A stretch of 64,000 nucleotides of DNA from Antedon mediterranea. Its lineage: Eukaryota; Animalia; Echinodermata. How positions within the stretch are numbered: position 1 is the first letter of the stretch; each line of letters begins with the position of its first letter. Location of the stretch: positions 5,766,001 to 5,830,000 of the forward strand of contig NC_092671.1 in the NCBI RefSeq assembly GCF_964355755.1, written 5' to 3'. The notes beneath the pieces are model-generated. The model did not search any database. It was not told where the DNA came from and saw only the letters and a program-made list of their open reading frames with translations. A program made the position numbers and the translations under genes. Shown here in pieces: positions 51,807 to 64,000 of the stretch.

Positions 51807-54803
51807 TACGACACATTTTTTATCTTAAATCTTTATCTTTCAAAATTACGATATAACTGGTGGTATCTAATCTCTCTACGTAGAAGTATGGATCAGTAGA
51901 ATAAATTGTTCAATTGAGATTCTGTATACTAGATTGGTTTATCTATACAGATTATGGATTTAAAATTCATATCTGTAGAGTTTTTATGTCATACTACATT
52001 CGAGACTTTAAATAGTTAAATCTTCCGGTTTAAAAAATGTTTATTATTATAAAATTTAAATCTGTAACACTTGTTGTGCTTATTTTACAACGCTCCATTT
52101 TCACTGAAACGAAAAATAAGTGGGTTTATTGTGAATGCAGTTCATGCAAATGAAAACAATTTTAAACCCGGATTTGCCCTTTAAAGTTTTAGCTTTTTGT
52201 GGAAGTATGTTTATTAAGTGCATTATTATGAGATATGGTGGCGCTCTACAAATTATCATCTCAATTTGCTGTCTTGTAACGGAAAGACAATAGGATATGT
52301 AATGTATTAAGTAGCAGTGTGTTTAAAAATTCGTTATTTATTTAGGCCTATGTTGTAAAGAACTAAAACACAGTCTACACTATCAAACTAGTTTTACAGA
52401 AAAAAAGTGCGCTGTGCCCAAATATGATGATGGCACAACGCATTTTATTGTCACATGAAGTTTGATAGTGTAGACAGAGCTTAACGAGAAATTGTGTTTG
52501 CTGGACTGGATGCGCCGCATGGAATATGGGTTCACACACACAAATTAAGTCATATGTTTGTTATTTGTTTATCATAATTTAATTCTCATATTTCTGTTTT
52601 GATTATTTATTATTGGTACAGGAAATATGAAAGAAAGAGAGAGTAATATGAGGTTGTTATTTATTATGTGCACATATTGTATAATAGTCGAGCATTGTTA
52701 ACGCGTTGTTGACGCATTGTTAACGCGTTGTTAACGCTTGTGTATTACTGTAATTATTAAAGTTGACTTTGTTATTTATTTGTAAACATTGTTAGATCAA
52801 ATTTGAAATAAATTTATTGATAGAACTGCAATAGTAATATCGTATAATTATCATATACCTACGGACGAAATGCCATCGTTCTAAATCTCAAAACATTTGT
52901 GGCCTAAACTGCTTTAAAGTCGCACGGTGAATTTAAACTTTAAAATTGACAAAACACCAAAAGGTCCAAAAACAGAAAAAAAATAGGCTTATTTTTATTT
53001 TGGTTTGAAGAGGAAAATATTTTATTTTATTGTGTCTGTTTTCCCAGCAATGACTTGTTAAACGGCACATTTTGCCTGGTTAAGCCTAGTCTGCATTGCA
53101 AACTCGTAACAAACAAAGGTCAGATAAAGTTTCCTAGTGTTTAGACTGTTTACAAACTAATTAGTATTGAGCTATGCCTACACTATCAAACTAGTTTGAC
53201 CAAAAAAAAGTGTTAAATTAAATTTGTTTTTTAACACAAAGTTTGATAGTATAGACAGAGTTTCATAGTAGGGCCTATATTTCGCGCGTACGTACACGTT
53301 CTATCAATCAGCGTCGTTTCTGACTTCGTATACAGGCGTAGTGATATGACAAAATCATGTCCACATATGGGCATATCACATGTTTTTGTCACACAAAGTT
53401 TGATAGTTTAGACAGAGTTTCATAGTAGGGCCTATATTTCGCGCGTGTGTACACACGTTCTATCTGTTTCTGACTTTGTGTGTACAGGCGTTGGTGTAAC
53501 GTCCGCCCGACAAGGGTAAAGTGGTTCACAGCAAGCCACAATAGGGTCTTGGGTCTATAATAGCCCACTTAAGTCATATATAAATCTTCAACCTTCCTTT
53601 AGTCACTTAGATACGCCTACTGACATACATTTTAACCACATAATAACCTCCTCTTCTAGAATTGAAGTTGCGTAATGGAACTATATTTATTTGTGTTGGT
53701 TGATCAGTCAGTCTGTCTGTCGGCCTGCCAAATCCTGTTCGATACAGTGTACGTACGGTACGGGGACAATGGCCCAATCGGAATAAGATCAATGATGTGT
53801 GATGCACCTACGCATCTCTCTACTTTCGGTTGTCTGTCTGTCGGCCTGCCAAATCCTGTTTGATACAGTGTACGGTACGAGGACATTGACACAGTACTTG
53901 TCGGTTGGTCTGCCTGTCTGCCAAATAGTGCCTGCAATAAGCCAATAGTTTTCTTAAATCAGAAATCAATGAACTTAGAACGCAAATCCAAAAAAATAAA
54001 AGCACGGGGGAAATCTATTGTTCCGGCCGGATAATTCACGGTACTTTACCATTTAAAATGATATGCAGCACTGGCGCATTAATGTTAAAACACAAGATAC
54101 GACATTCTGAAGCACATTTTTATTCATGCTACATGGTACCAAAAACGGTTATTTGTAACGATAGTACATATCATAATGATACAAGTTCATTCTTATATAG
54201 CGTATATAAGCAAGCTCTTAATGCGCTGCATATTATTACCCCGGTCATTTTATGGATCAAACACGTATGGAAACATACTCCCAGAATGCAGCTAGTAATC
54301 AGTGCAAAGTTGTGTCTTGATCTAACCGGTACCCATTTGTACACCCTAGGATACAAGCAATACATATCACACGTTAAGGGCTTGAGTACGGTACACATTT
54401 TGTTGAGTTAGATTTTATTTTCAAGGAATAATTTACATTCCCACAAAGTATAATGTTTTGACTGATTTAATCCTCAAAATGTTCATATTATTTTTTATTC
54501 GTACAATCTGGCTTTTCAAGGATTGGCATTAACTACTGTGAATATAAACTACTGAGCTGTTTCTCATTATGGTATAGTATGGTCTAAAGTTTCATTCTTT
54601 AAAACCCAAATCAAAATTCCCTGATTGTATAAAGCCGTTACATGGATGTGTGACGTCACATGTCCTGAATATACTACACGAACGTTAAGTAACGATCAAT
54701 GTAAATACAACTTCAGAACGAAAGGAGTACATGGTCCTACACAGTGCGGGACACAGTGTGATACATAAATTCGATAGAGTGTTGGTCGATTTAAAGGAGG
54801 AAC

Positions 54804-57800
54804 ATGAAGAATAGAATTATACTATGCATCCTGGTTATCTTTATCAACGAGTCAACAGCACAGTTTTTAGGTACGTTTAGTCAAACTATGCGTTTAATCG
54901 TTCATAATCAGGCCTATAAGGCTTATTATGTAGATAGTAACTAGTGAGATAATTTAACACCTTGAAATTATATGTAACGGAATTAATACTAGGAAGTTAC
55001 GACCTGGCAATACATCGTCGTAAAAGGGCAATACATATAGGGTTATTCAAAGGATATGTCCAATACCGTTATTTTACTGGTATCAATGTACTTTTAGTGC
55101 AGCATTGTTTGTTTTTATAGCCTGAAGTTTAAAAGCATAAACGTTTTGGTTCCATTTATTAGAGGCTCACAGAAGGTATCACAAACTGTGACTGGGCCTA
55201 CTAGTAATGTTTTATAAATGGTAACTCGGTGGTTAAGATGTTTAATACCACAGGTCGGGATCAAATCTCTATTTTCTAATTAATAACTTTTGATATCAAA
55301 ATAAACCTGCATTTTCTTAGTCAATCATACATATTTTTTCCTTGAAAGTAAAGTATTATTTTATAAGCTTACACTCATGGTCGTAAAGTTGCCGTACACA
55401 GGAAAGGTATTAATGTATGTTCATCCACAAAGAAGGTATTCTTAATACCTTATCTTAATATAATTAAGACTATATTATTTTATTGTTTGATTTTTGTTAC
55501 ACTCATAAGCCTGTGTTTAATTTTGATGCACTCTCAGATGCTCTTTTGATCGGGATGTCATGGAACTTAAAAGAAACTAAAGTTCGCCAAGATGCATTGA
55601 CAAACATCAAATTCCAAATCGTCGTCAATGCGTCGGAAGAAAGCCAAGTTATTCGCGGCACTGGTCTCTGGGACGTGGCCGTATTTGGTAGTGCCCATTC
55701 TAGTGGCAGAGGTAAACGATTCGATGAGCGGGATAACCTTCTTACTCCATCGCAACAAGCAATCCCAACTCTACCTGCACAGGGTATGGTGTTTGATGAG
55801 GTATCAACACCATTTAAACTATCAGTTCTAGGCTGTTCAGAATATAAGTTTCTCTGTGTTGAATTCAAGCAAGGTGATGACCCCAATCCAAGCTTCTTCT
55901 TTGCATCTATGGACTTCGAGGACACTATAATTGTGTGTGCTAACATTGACTGTGAACAAGGTAAACACGAATGACAATCCTTTAATCAACAAGTCCCTCA
56001 AGTTTATCAGTGCGTGTATCGCGCTACTTGAGGTGTATGTGTTTAATAATATTGGCTGTAATAATCTAAACTGTATAAAAACACAGTCAGTACTGTACAT
56101 AACATTCATATGTTATGGTATGTCAACTACCTATACATTCTTTAAAACAGCATTCTTCTATTTCGCACTATAAGATATACATTTTGTTTAACATTCTTCA
56201 GCTCATAATGTTGACAAAGTTCGTAAATAGTGACGAGTTGTTTGTTCAAAGATCAACAAACAAAAATGATGAAACGACGTTATTTTTTTTATTTTGCAGG
56301 AACAGGATCAAACGACGTCATGTTAATCGGCATGTGGTGGACGGTTGACGCTTATGTGCGACAAGGCCTTCCATCAGACGTCACCATTACATCTACTATT
56401 AAAACATCACCAAACCACGGCGGTGTATCGGGAGAAGATCTTTGGAGGTAAATATTACAATATTAATCAAGCAACAACTTCGTAGGGCACTTCTACTTCA
56501 AAATTTTTGAAGGTTTATTGATGAGTTTATTTTTAGATAGTATTGTATTTTTACCATTTTTCAGAATGAAGCTGTTCATAAACTCACAGAATGATGGAAA
56601 AGGGGATAGTCTTCCACAACGAAGAGATCAGATTCTAAACAAGACAGAATCTTCAAAAGATATTCAGCCAGGACAAATGTTAAATATTACTGGAACAGCC
56701 TCAATTGACCTGACAGGAGTTGGATGTGGTGAATTCCGATTTCTTTGCATCGAATTTGGTAAAGGAAGTGATCCTAAACCTGAGTTTGGTTTTACTCTTG
56801 GTTCCGGTGAGCCTTCGATGATCTCATGCAGGGAATTGTCTTGTCCAGGTAAATCTTTTGCGTTTAATGCTCATGTAAATTCTTGAATATAGAATATTTT
56901 TTTATTTGTTAGATAGGCCTATGATGAATCTTTTTTTTTCTAATTTGAGATGGTGAAAAGGAAAGGTAAATAGGCATACGAAGTGGAGATTGTAAAAACA
57001 ATAGCAAATGCATTTCACAACTTTGAATCACGTTTGTTTAATGTCCCGGTCCACTACTATCGATGCGAATTTAATTTTGATATGCCCCTTTTTCTGACTA
57101 TGGCTGCCTCCCTTTCTTGAGGTTTTACGAAAATTGTTACTATAAATGATCTTTAATGCCATTATAGATGATCGCAGAGTGAAGGTTCCTGATGAAATCG
57201 TTTCAGATGGAACATCAGCAAATACTGGTGAAGCTCGAGGTACTACCTTGTTCGTTAAAATTGAACATGTTGAAGATGTCAATAAATCAAGATATAGAGG
57301 CGATGGTTTGAATGAAAGAAGCAGTAGGAGGAATGGCCGTGGTGATTGGTATGGTGGTAGCTATGGTGGTGGTGGTTCGGGTGGAGCTGCTGGTGGTGGT
57401 GATGGTGGTCGTGGTGATAGAGTTGGAGGTGGAGATGGAGGAGCAGGTGGTTTTGGTAGTGGTGGTGGCGGTGGTGGTGGTGGTGGTAGTGGTGGTGGTG
57501 GTGGTGGTGGTAGTGGTGGTGGTGTTGGCGGTGGTAATGGTGGTAGTGGTGGTGGTGGTGGTGGTGGTGGTGGTGGCGGCGGTAGTGGTGGCGGTGGCGG
57601 TGGTGGTGGTGGTGGTGGTGGTGGTGGTGATAGTGGTCGTAATGATAGATTTGGAGGTGGAAATGGAGGAGCAGGTGGTTTTGGTAGTAGAGGAAGCAGT
57701 GGAGCAGGCGGTGTTCGTAGAGGAAAAGGTGGTAGTAATATGGGAAAGGGAGGTAATGGTGGCAATGGTAGAAGGGTGGGTATCGGTAGTAACGGTAAGG

Positions 57801-60800
57801 AAGGTAGTGATGGTACGAGCGGCGGCAATAGTTTTAGTGATAAAATAGATGATGGTATTCAAAGTAATAGTAGTGTTATTAGCAGTAATAGTGGCGGCAC
57901 TAAGAATGCAGGGGTCAAACGACAGGGTGGTAGTCAGAACGAAGAAAGTATACGTAATGTGGGTAGAGTTGGTGACGGAGGTAGTATTAGCAATAAGAGT
58001 TATATTGCACGTAACGGTCAAGGTGGTAGCGGTGGTGATGTGACTGGTCAATATACTGATTCATCTAACAACAAACTAACATCACAAGAAGGTGTGTATA
58101 ATTAATAATATGTACATACTGACTCAGTCAGTATTCTACCATTCATTCCTATTTTCATATTCTTTTGCACTACTCGCACTATTAACGAATTCGTTGCTCT
58201 AACATATTAATACTGACCAATGTTTGGAGGTCTTCATACCTGTCTTGCACGCACTCTACATTCTATAGTTGCTCGTGCTTGTTTACAATTGGCTAACAAC
58301 ATACGCTACAACAATTAATATAACCACGATGATTGTAATCTGGTTATAGTTTGCAACTCTCCATTTCTTCTTTACAGATGGCAGAGTATTTCGCGTAGAT
58401 GCCTTGACATGGGAAATGACCGCCCGAGATGTAGCCGTTGGTACGCCAAGTGACCTTATCATAAACGTCATCGTATACGTCGCAGACGATAGCGATTTCA
58501 TTACCGGAAATAACCTCTGGCGCATTGGTCTTTATGGCAGTGAATCCGCAGACGGCAGTACCTCTTTACGTTCAAACTACGTGCGTCAGGTATTACCAGG
58601 TAGTCAACGGAACCAACTCTTTGCACAGGGACTGGACACAGTTATGATGGTTCGAACCATGTATGACATTAGTCACGTGGGATGTGGAAGCTTTAAGTAC
58701 ATCTGCTTAGAATTTACGAAGAATGATCTGGCGACACCTGATTTTGAAATAGTATCGAATATGGGTGACGTATTAAGCTCATGCCAGCAGGCTCGTTGCA
58801 TTAGACCAAAGCTGCCAGTAGGTAGGCAATTAGAATTATTATGAGACTGTTGGTGAATACAGTAAAACAATATTTTGGGACACTCCTATAGATTCAGGGA
58901 AAACGCCTGTACAATCATCATACCGTATCATACTACTGTACAGCCAAATTCTATTCTTCTGGAACCAGAAAGTGGCCCTACATAAAGGTTCTATTATATA
59001 TTAGGTTAGAGGATTCAAAATGATTCAATTATATATGAATACGTATAAAGGTACGGTATTCTACTAAGGCGTTGATTGACAATGTTATGTTTTATAAGAA
59101 CATTTTCTTTCTAGTTCTCGAATGATTCATATGAAATGATGTTTCATATATTTTAAATACAGTACCAACAAGAAGAATACCCGTAGCTTTGAGCGGTCTA
59201 CCATCATTTTATTTGTCTTCGATGGATTGGCAAATGCGGGCTCACATTAGTAAAAGTCACTTAAGTAGCTTTTTACTTGACATTTTTATCACGGCTGACA
59301 AAAGAAGTAACGATATAGATGGAATATCTCTTTGGCGTGTTGCAATGTTTGGAAGTCGCAATCCAGATGGAAGTGGACGAAGAATGGACATTTCAGATCA
59401 GGTCAGTTTACATGGTCATTTTACATGGTTAGTTTATATGGTTATTCGCAAACGTTATAACATGTTGAACAAAACTATCTCTGATAATTTATTGAGATTT
59501 TTCCATTTATAGATTTTACCTGTAATACACCAATCGGCATCTTTTTCAAAGACAGTACCACTTCAGTTTACTGGCATCCGAGGGCAAGAGGACATGAGAG
59601 GAATGTATTGTACAGACATTCGGTTTCTATGTATCGAGTTCGGTAAACATCGTAAACCGAATCCTGACTTTAACTTCTATGCCGGACCAGACTCGGACAC
59701 ACTTTCTTCTTGTCAAGAAATTCCTTGTGGTATGTTGAATTGAAACAAGAACATTTATGTTGGAGAGTGTTCATGACTTTAAGACGCATGAATAAACGCC
59801 ACTCTTTAATCGTTTATGCTCTTCTGGTTCTTCTTAAGGCGTTACCACAAATTATCCTGTCCGCAGTTTATGCTCACATTGTAATCGATACATATTTCCT
59901 AAGAATTATTTCTGGTTTTGATATAAGTCGGCAACATACCGAATAATAACAATATGTTTGTTTTCAGAAAACCCGGAGGATAGGACGACGTCCAACAGTG
60001 CGACTGAAGAAGAAGATGATAGTAATAATGGAGGTGCGGGCGGGCACGGAGCTGGTGGAAATGGGGGTGTTCGTGGACATGGGGGAGATGGTGGACAGGG
60101 GAGTGGTTCGTCTAACAGACTAGGAGGGGGCGGTGAACCAGCTGTTGGACCACCTATTTACGAAAGAGGTACAGTCGGATGGAAAAATGATTGCTATTGT
60201 TTCTGATACGGGATAATGAAAATACATAAATAAATCAAAATGTGTCGAGTCCTGTCTTCTGGTTGACGATGACAATACACCGAACGTAATTATTAACGAC
60301 CATAAATGCCACATGTATCATCATAAAATGCATACTGAGTGTGAGTACGGTAGTTAATATAATAATAGGCCTAATATATTAAACTTTACTTCGGTTTTGT
60401 TCTCTTTTAGGTGTTTTAACTGCATGTACCGTGTCAGGGGTCAGGATTGCCGTTAGAGCAAATATAGCAATAAGTCCTTGTCAGACTTGCCAGTGTAGTA
60501 GTAGTGGCGTTGTTGTCTGTGTTGAACTTTCGTGTCTTCGACCCTTAACATGCAACGAACCTGTATTCATAGCCGAAAAGTGCTGCGCAACTTGTTTGGG
60601 AGAGGTTGCACAACCAAGAGGTAAGCTTGTTAACATATTTAATGTATAGTTATTTTATAACACAGGCGGTATAGGATTACAAATTACAGGTACATTTTAC
60701 AGGCCTAAATGTTTTGTGTTTTAATGTTCTTCCTTTAGAAAACTTGCCGTGCATTTTTAACGGACAAATAGTTTTACATAACCAAGAGTTTCACACGAGT

Positions 60801-61856
60801 GACTGCATACAGTGTATTTGTCAAGATGGCTCTATGACATGCGTTCACACCTGCTTTCAATCATCGGATGTGGTTGGCCAAAATGTGACGCTGTCCACAG
60901 TTTCACGTAAGTTATAATATTGGCATCTTAGTACATGTACTTAAGCAACCACTCTTCCCTTTCACCCGCCCAACCAAATTCTCACCACTAGGATTATTCC
61001 AGCTATTCTTGTGTTCTCACAATACGATAAGTTAGTCTGGATTCCAGACGGAGTTTTTACTTAATATTAGTAAAAAGATATTTTTATTATTATGGCACAT
61101 TTAAAAAGACAATGTAGACTTGGGGCAAGTCTATATACGTAAGTGTTTCTCACGCAAATGATTTGATCCCACGTGTACGCAACGCAAAGAACGTAAGAGC
61201 ACCGGGAGCAATTTGACCAATAATGATGCGATGATCATCCTAACTGATGCTTGTGATTGGCCAACTCACTTGCGTTGCGCCTACGTCGTTGCGTTGCGTA
61301 CTAATGATAATCATCCTTTGTGCCGATGTCTTAGGTCTAAAACAAATCAACAAGTAAATAGAGGCCTATATCGTTTTCAAATTTGAGTACTGTTTCTAAA
61401 AATTAATTTTCTTATATTATTTTAGCCACATTGAGAGTTCAGGTGACGGCCACTGACGTACTAAACCCACCTCCTGTATACCCAAGAGATGTAAACATAA
61501 TCAAAGTAAACATCAGAATACAGTTCAACAACGAATTAAGTACTAACATTTTGGGGGCAGATCTCTGGAGTCTGCAAGTATGGGGAAGCTTGAAGGCCAA
61601 CGGAGGAGGGCCTAAATTAAGCTACTCAACAAATGCACTGAGAATGGCACAACGGTCACAGGACTTGATATTAGATCAACCATTTGTGTTCACGGACGTT
61701 ATTGTGGTGTTAGATATGTCGGATAAAACATGCAAACAGCTGAAATTTGTATGTGTGATGTTTGAGAAATCAGAAAACCCTCCTTTTGAGTTTGAGTTCA
61801 ACAAGACCCATTCGAAGGCAAATGTGAAATGCCAACGTCTGACATGTATCAGATAA
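54804..61856 (+). CDS. Large secreted protein (~1251 aa, 12 exons): 5 copies of an uncharacterised ~140-aa Cys-containing domain, two Gly-rich linkers, VWC plus partial VWC modules
   Basis: Exons 54804-54870, 55538-55960, 56300-56447, 56565-56848, 57168-58091, 58378-58821, 59163-59401, 59513-59729, 59968-60168, 60411-60620, 60739-60906, 61426-61856. All GT-AG, 3756 nt open. Signal peptide MKNRIILCILVIFINESTA. Repeat consensus LW..(..)GS....G.G...L...Q...C....(F/Y)(L/I/V)C(V/I/L)EF.K...P.P.F...C....C. VWC: CQTCQC...C...C...C...CCATC. Confidence 0.85.
57362..57640 (+). repeat. (GGT)n-based coding microsatellite (poly-Gly)
   Basis: GGT/GGC/AGT triplets within exon 5 of gene 4. Confidence 0.95.
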
Positions 61857-61970
61857 TTTTCGAAAATTCCATTCTAACTTAGCTTATCTAAACAATATTG
61901 AACTTGTTTTCATAATTTTATTATGCTTATAATTGGCTCTGATTTTGTATTGGCCTACGCTTATTCGTTG

Positions 61971-62270
61971 TTAAGCTTGGTTGTTCCCATTAGGACGCAA
62001 CGCAAGCGTGTTGACCAATGACAAGCAACAGTGCGAATAATCCATCGCTCATTGACGTTGCGTTACGTCCTTGTGTTGCGTCTCTAGTGGGAACCAAGCA
62101 TTAAGCTTGGTTTTCACTAGTACGTAGGCCTACGTTGACGCAATGCAAGTGAGTTGACCAATAACAAGCGACAGATCGAGTAATTTTGATTGAAAATGTC
62201 GCTTGTGATTGGTCAACTCACTTGCGTTACAACCTACCTGCTACGTCGTTGCGTTACGTCCAAGTCACCA
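61971..62270. mobile_element. MITE family B, two adjacent copies (TIR AAGCTTGGTTCCCACTAG; core TTGACCAATCACAAGCGA / TCGCTTGTGATTGGTCAA)
   Basis: Copies joined at TTAA 62101-62104. Related copies at ~10975-11200, 18948-19092, 61140-61310 and 63395-63500. Confidence 0.8.
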
Positions 62271-63192
62271 AAGTTCACCACGTCAAATACATTATGTTTA
62301 GTATGCAATTAGAATACAGCAGTATGTTCTTATCTTTTTCGAGGCAGATTCAATGACTTCTGATGATGTAACTAGGCCTACTTATGTATGTTATAATGCA
62401 TTTTTAGATGTTTAGGTCTACCTATATTTTTATCACTTATTAAATAAACAAATAATATGATATAATGGTAATTGTAATGCGTTTAATGTGTAATTATGTA
62501 ATATTAATCAGTTTAAGATAAATTTCAACTGAATATAATAATTATATTATTATTATAAAACCTATTTACAGTATGCTATCGTCTATGTTTTGGCTTAATA
62601 ATATGTAGACTTCTATATTAATAATAAAAGAATATTTTTGCAACGGAAAAAAACTCGTTCACCTGAAAGTTCCAATTTAAAAAAATGAGGAGCCGCCGGA
62701 TTTATTATTTCAAACTTTATTCATCTTCAGGAACCATTCAATAATTATCTATCCATTTTTAATCGAGATTCTGAGAACGGAAAAACATGCATTGCGCCCT
62801 CATTCGGCGACAAGTGTATTATTTATTTCGGAAGAGGATGATGGATTTCGGCGGAGGAGTAGTGTTGCTGCTGCATGTGTGTTGTCTTCTTGTAGATGAT
62901 AGTGTTTATGTTTTTTTTTGTAAATTGTAAATATTTACTGTCTTTAAACACTGCAAATAAACCTCATGCACTTTTTCCGCTTTTGCTTTGTACTTGAAAT
63001 AGGTTTTTTACAATCAGAAAGTCTTAAATAGATCCCCGATATGTTTAGGCCTAGCGTATGCTAAATTCCTATTCTAAACGTCGTTTGTGAATGCGCCACC
63101 AACTTCTGGTCTACCTAGGCCTACACAATCTTTTGTCAACACAGAAGTAACGTTTTAAATCAAAGTGTTTTGATTGATTGATTGATTCCGTC

Positions 63193-63842
<650 letters not shown>

Positions 63843-64000
63843 TAAAATATGAATAATGGCAAAAATCAAAATGTAAATGTATTAACCAAAAAAATATAGC
63901 CTTTTGGTTGCCTATATTGACAAATTTGGTGAGATGTAGATAGAGGTATTAAAACTAGAGAGCCCTCTAGTTGTATAATACCTCTATAGTCTTCCTGACA

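Noticed and set aside
53607-54005. Cluster of overlapping short ORFs
   Set aside because: Arise from a 2-3x repeated GTCTGTCTGTCGGCCTGCCAAATCCTG.. segment; no splice-compatible or domain evidence.
55503-55946. 147-aa minus-strand ORF
   Set aside because: Antisense shadow of the real plus-strand exon 55538-55960.
57287-58051. Overlapping poly-Thr, poly-Val and poly-Pro ORFs
   Set aside because: Alternative frames of the (GGT)n tract. Only the Gly frame has phase-compatible splice sites linking to the neighbouring exons.

Overview
AT-rich, intron-rich animal genomic DNA. It is probably a marine invertebrate; echinoderm is my inference from the repeated protein domain in gene 4 and the abundant TAGGCCTA motif. 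I hand-spliced five protein-coding genes using GT-AG sites and phase continuity. (1) + strand, 2999-11446: a secreted protein made only of five LDL-receptor class A repeats. (2) - strand, 32922-18535: 15 exons, ~1157 aa, a type II membrane protein with TM anchor + Kunitz/BPTI domain + GH81 endo-beta-1,3-glucanase fold. It carries a tandem-duplicated ~100-aa insert, and the catalytic-acid Asp is replaced by Asn, making it a candidate beta-glucan receptor/pseudo-enzyme. (3) + strand, 39157-51806: a secreted LDLa-LDLa-furin site-EGF protein with EGFR-ligand hallmarks and no TM. (4) + strand, 54804-61856: a large secreted protein with five copies of an unnamed ~140-aa Cys domain, poly-Gly linkers and VWC modules. 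(5) The 5' end of NABP/SOSS-B from 63193. Non-coding DNA holds a Mutator/foldback-like element with a 10-bp TSD, a tandem-plus-palindromic array of a tRNA-like Pol III unit embedded in (TA)n, LINE fragments, several MITE families, a Helentron-like insertion and minisatellites. All gene models are manual and unverified by transcripts or database searches.
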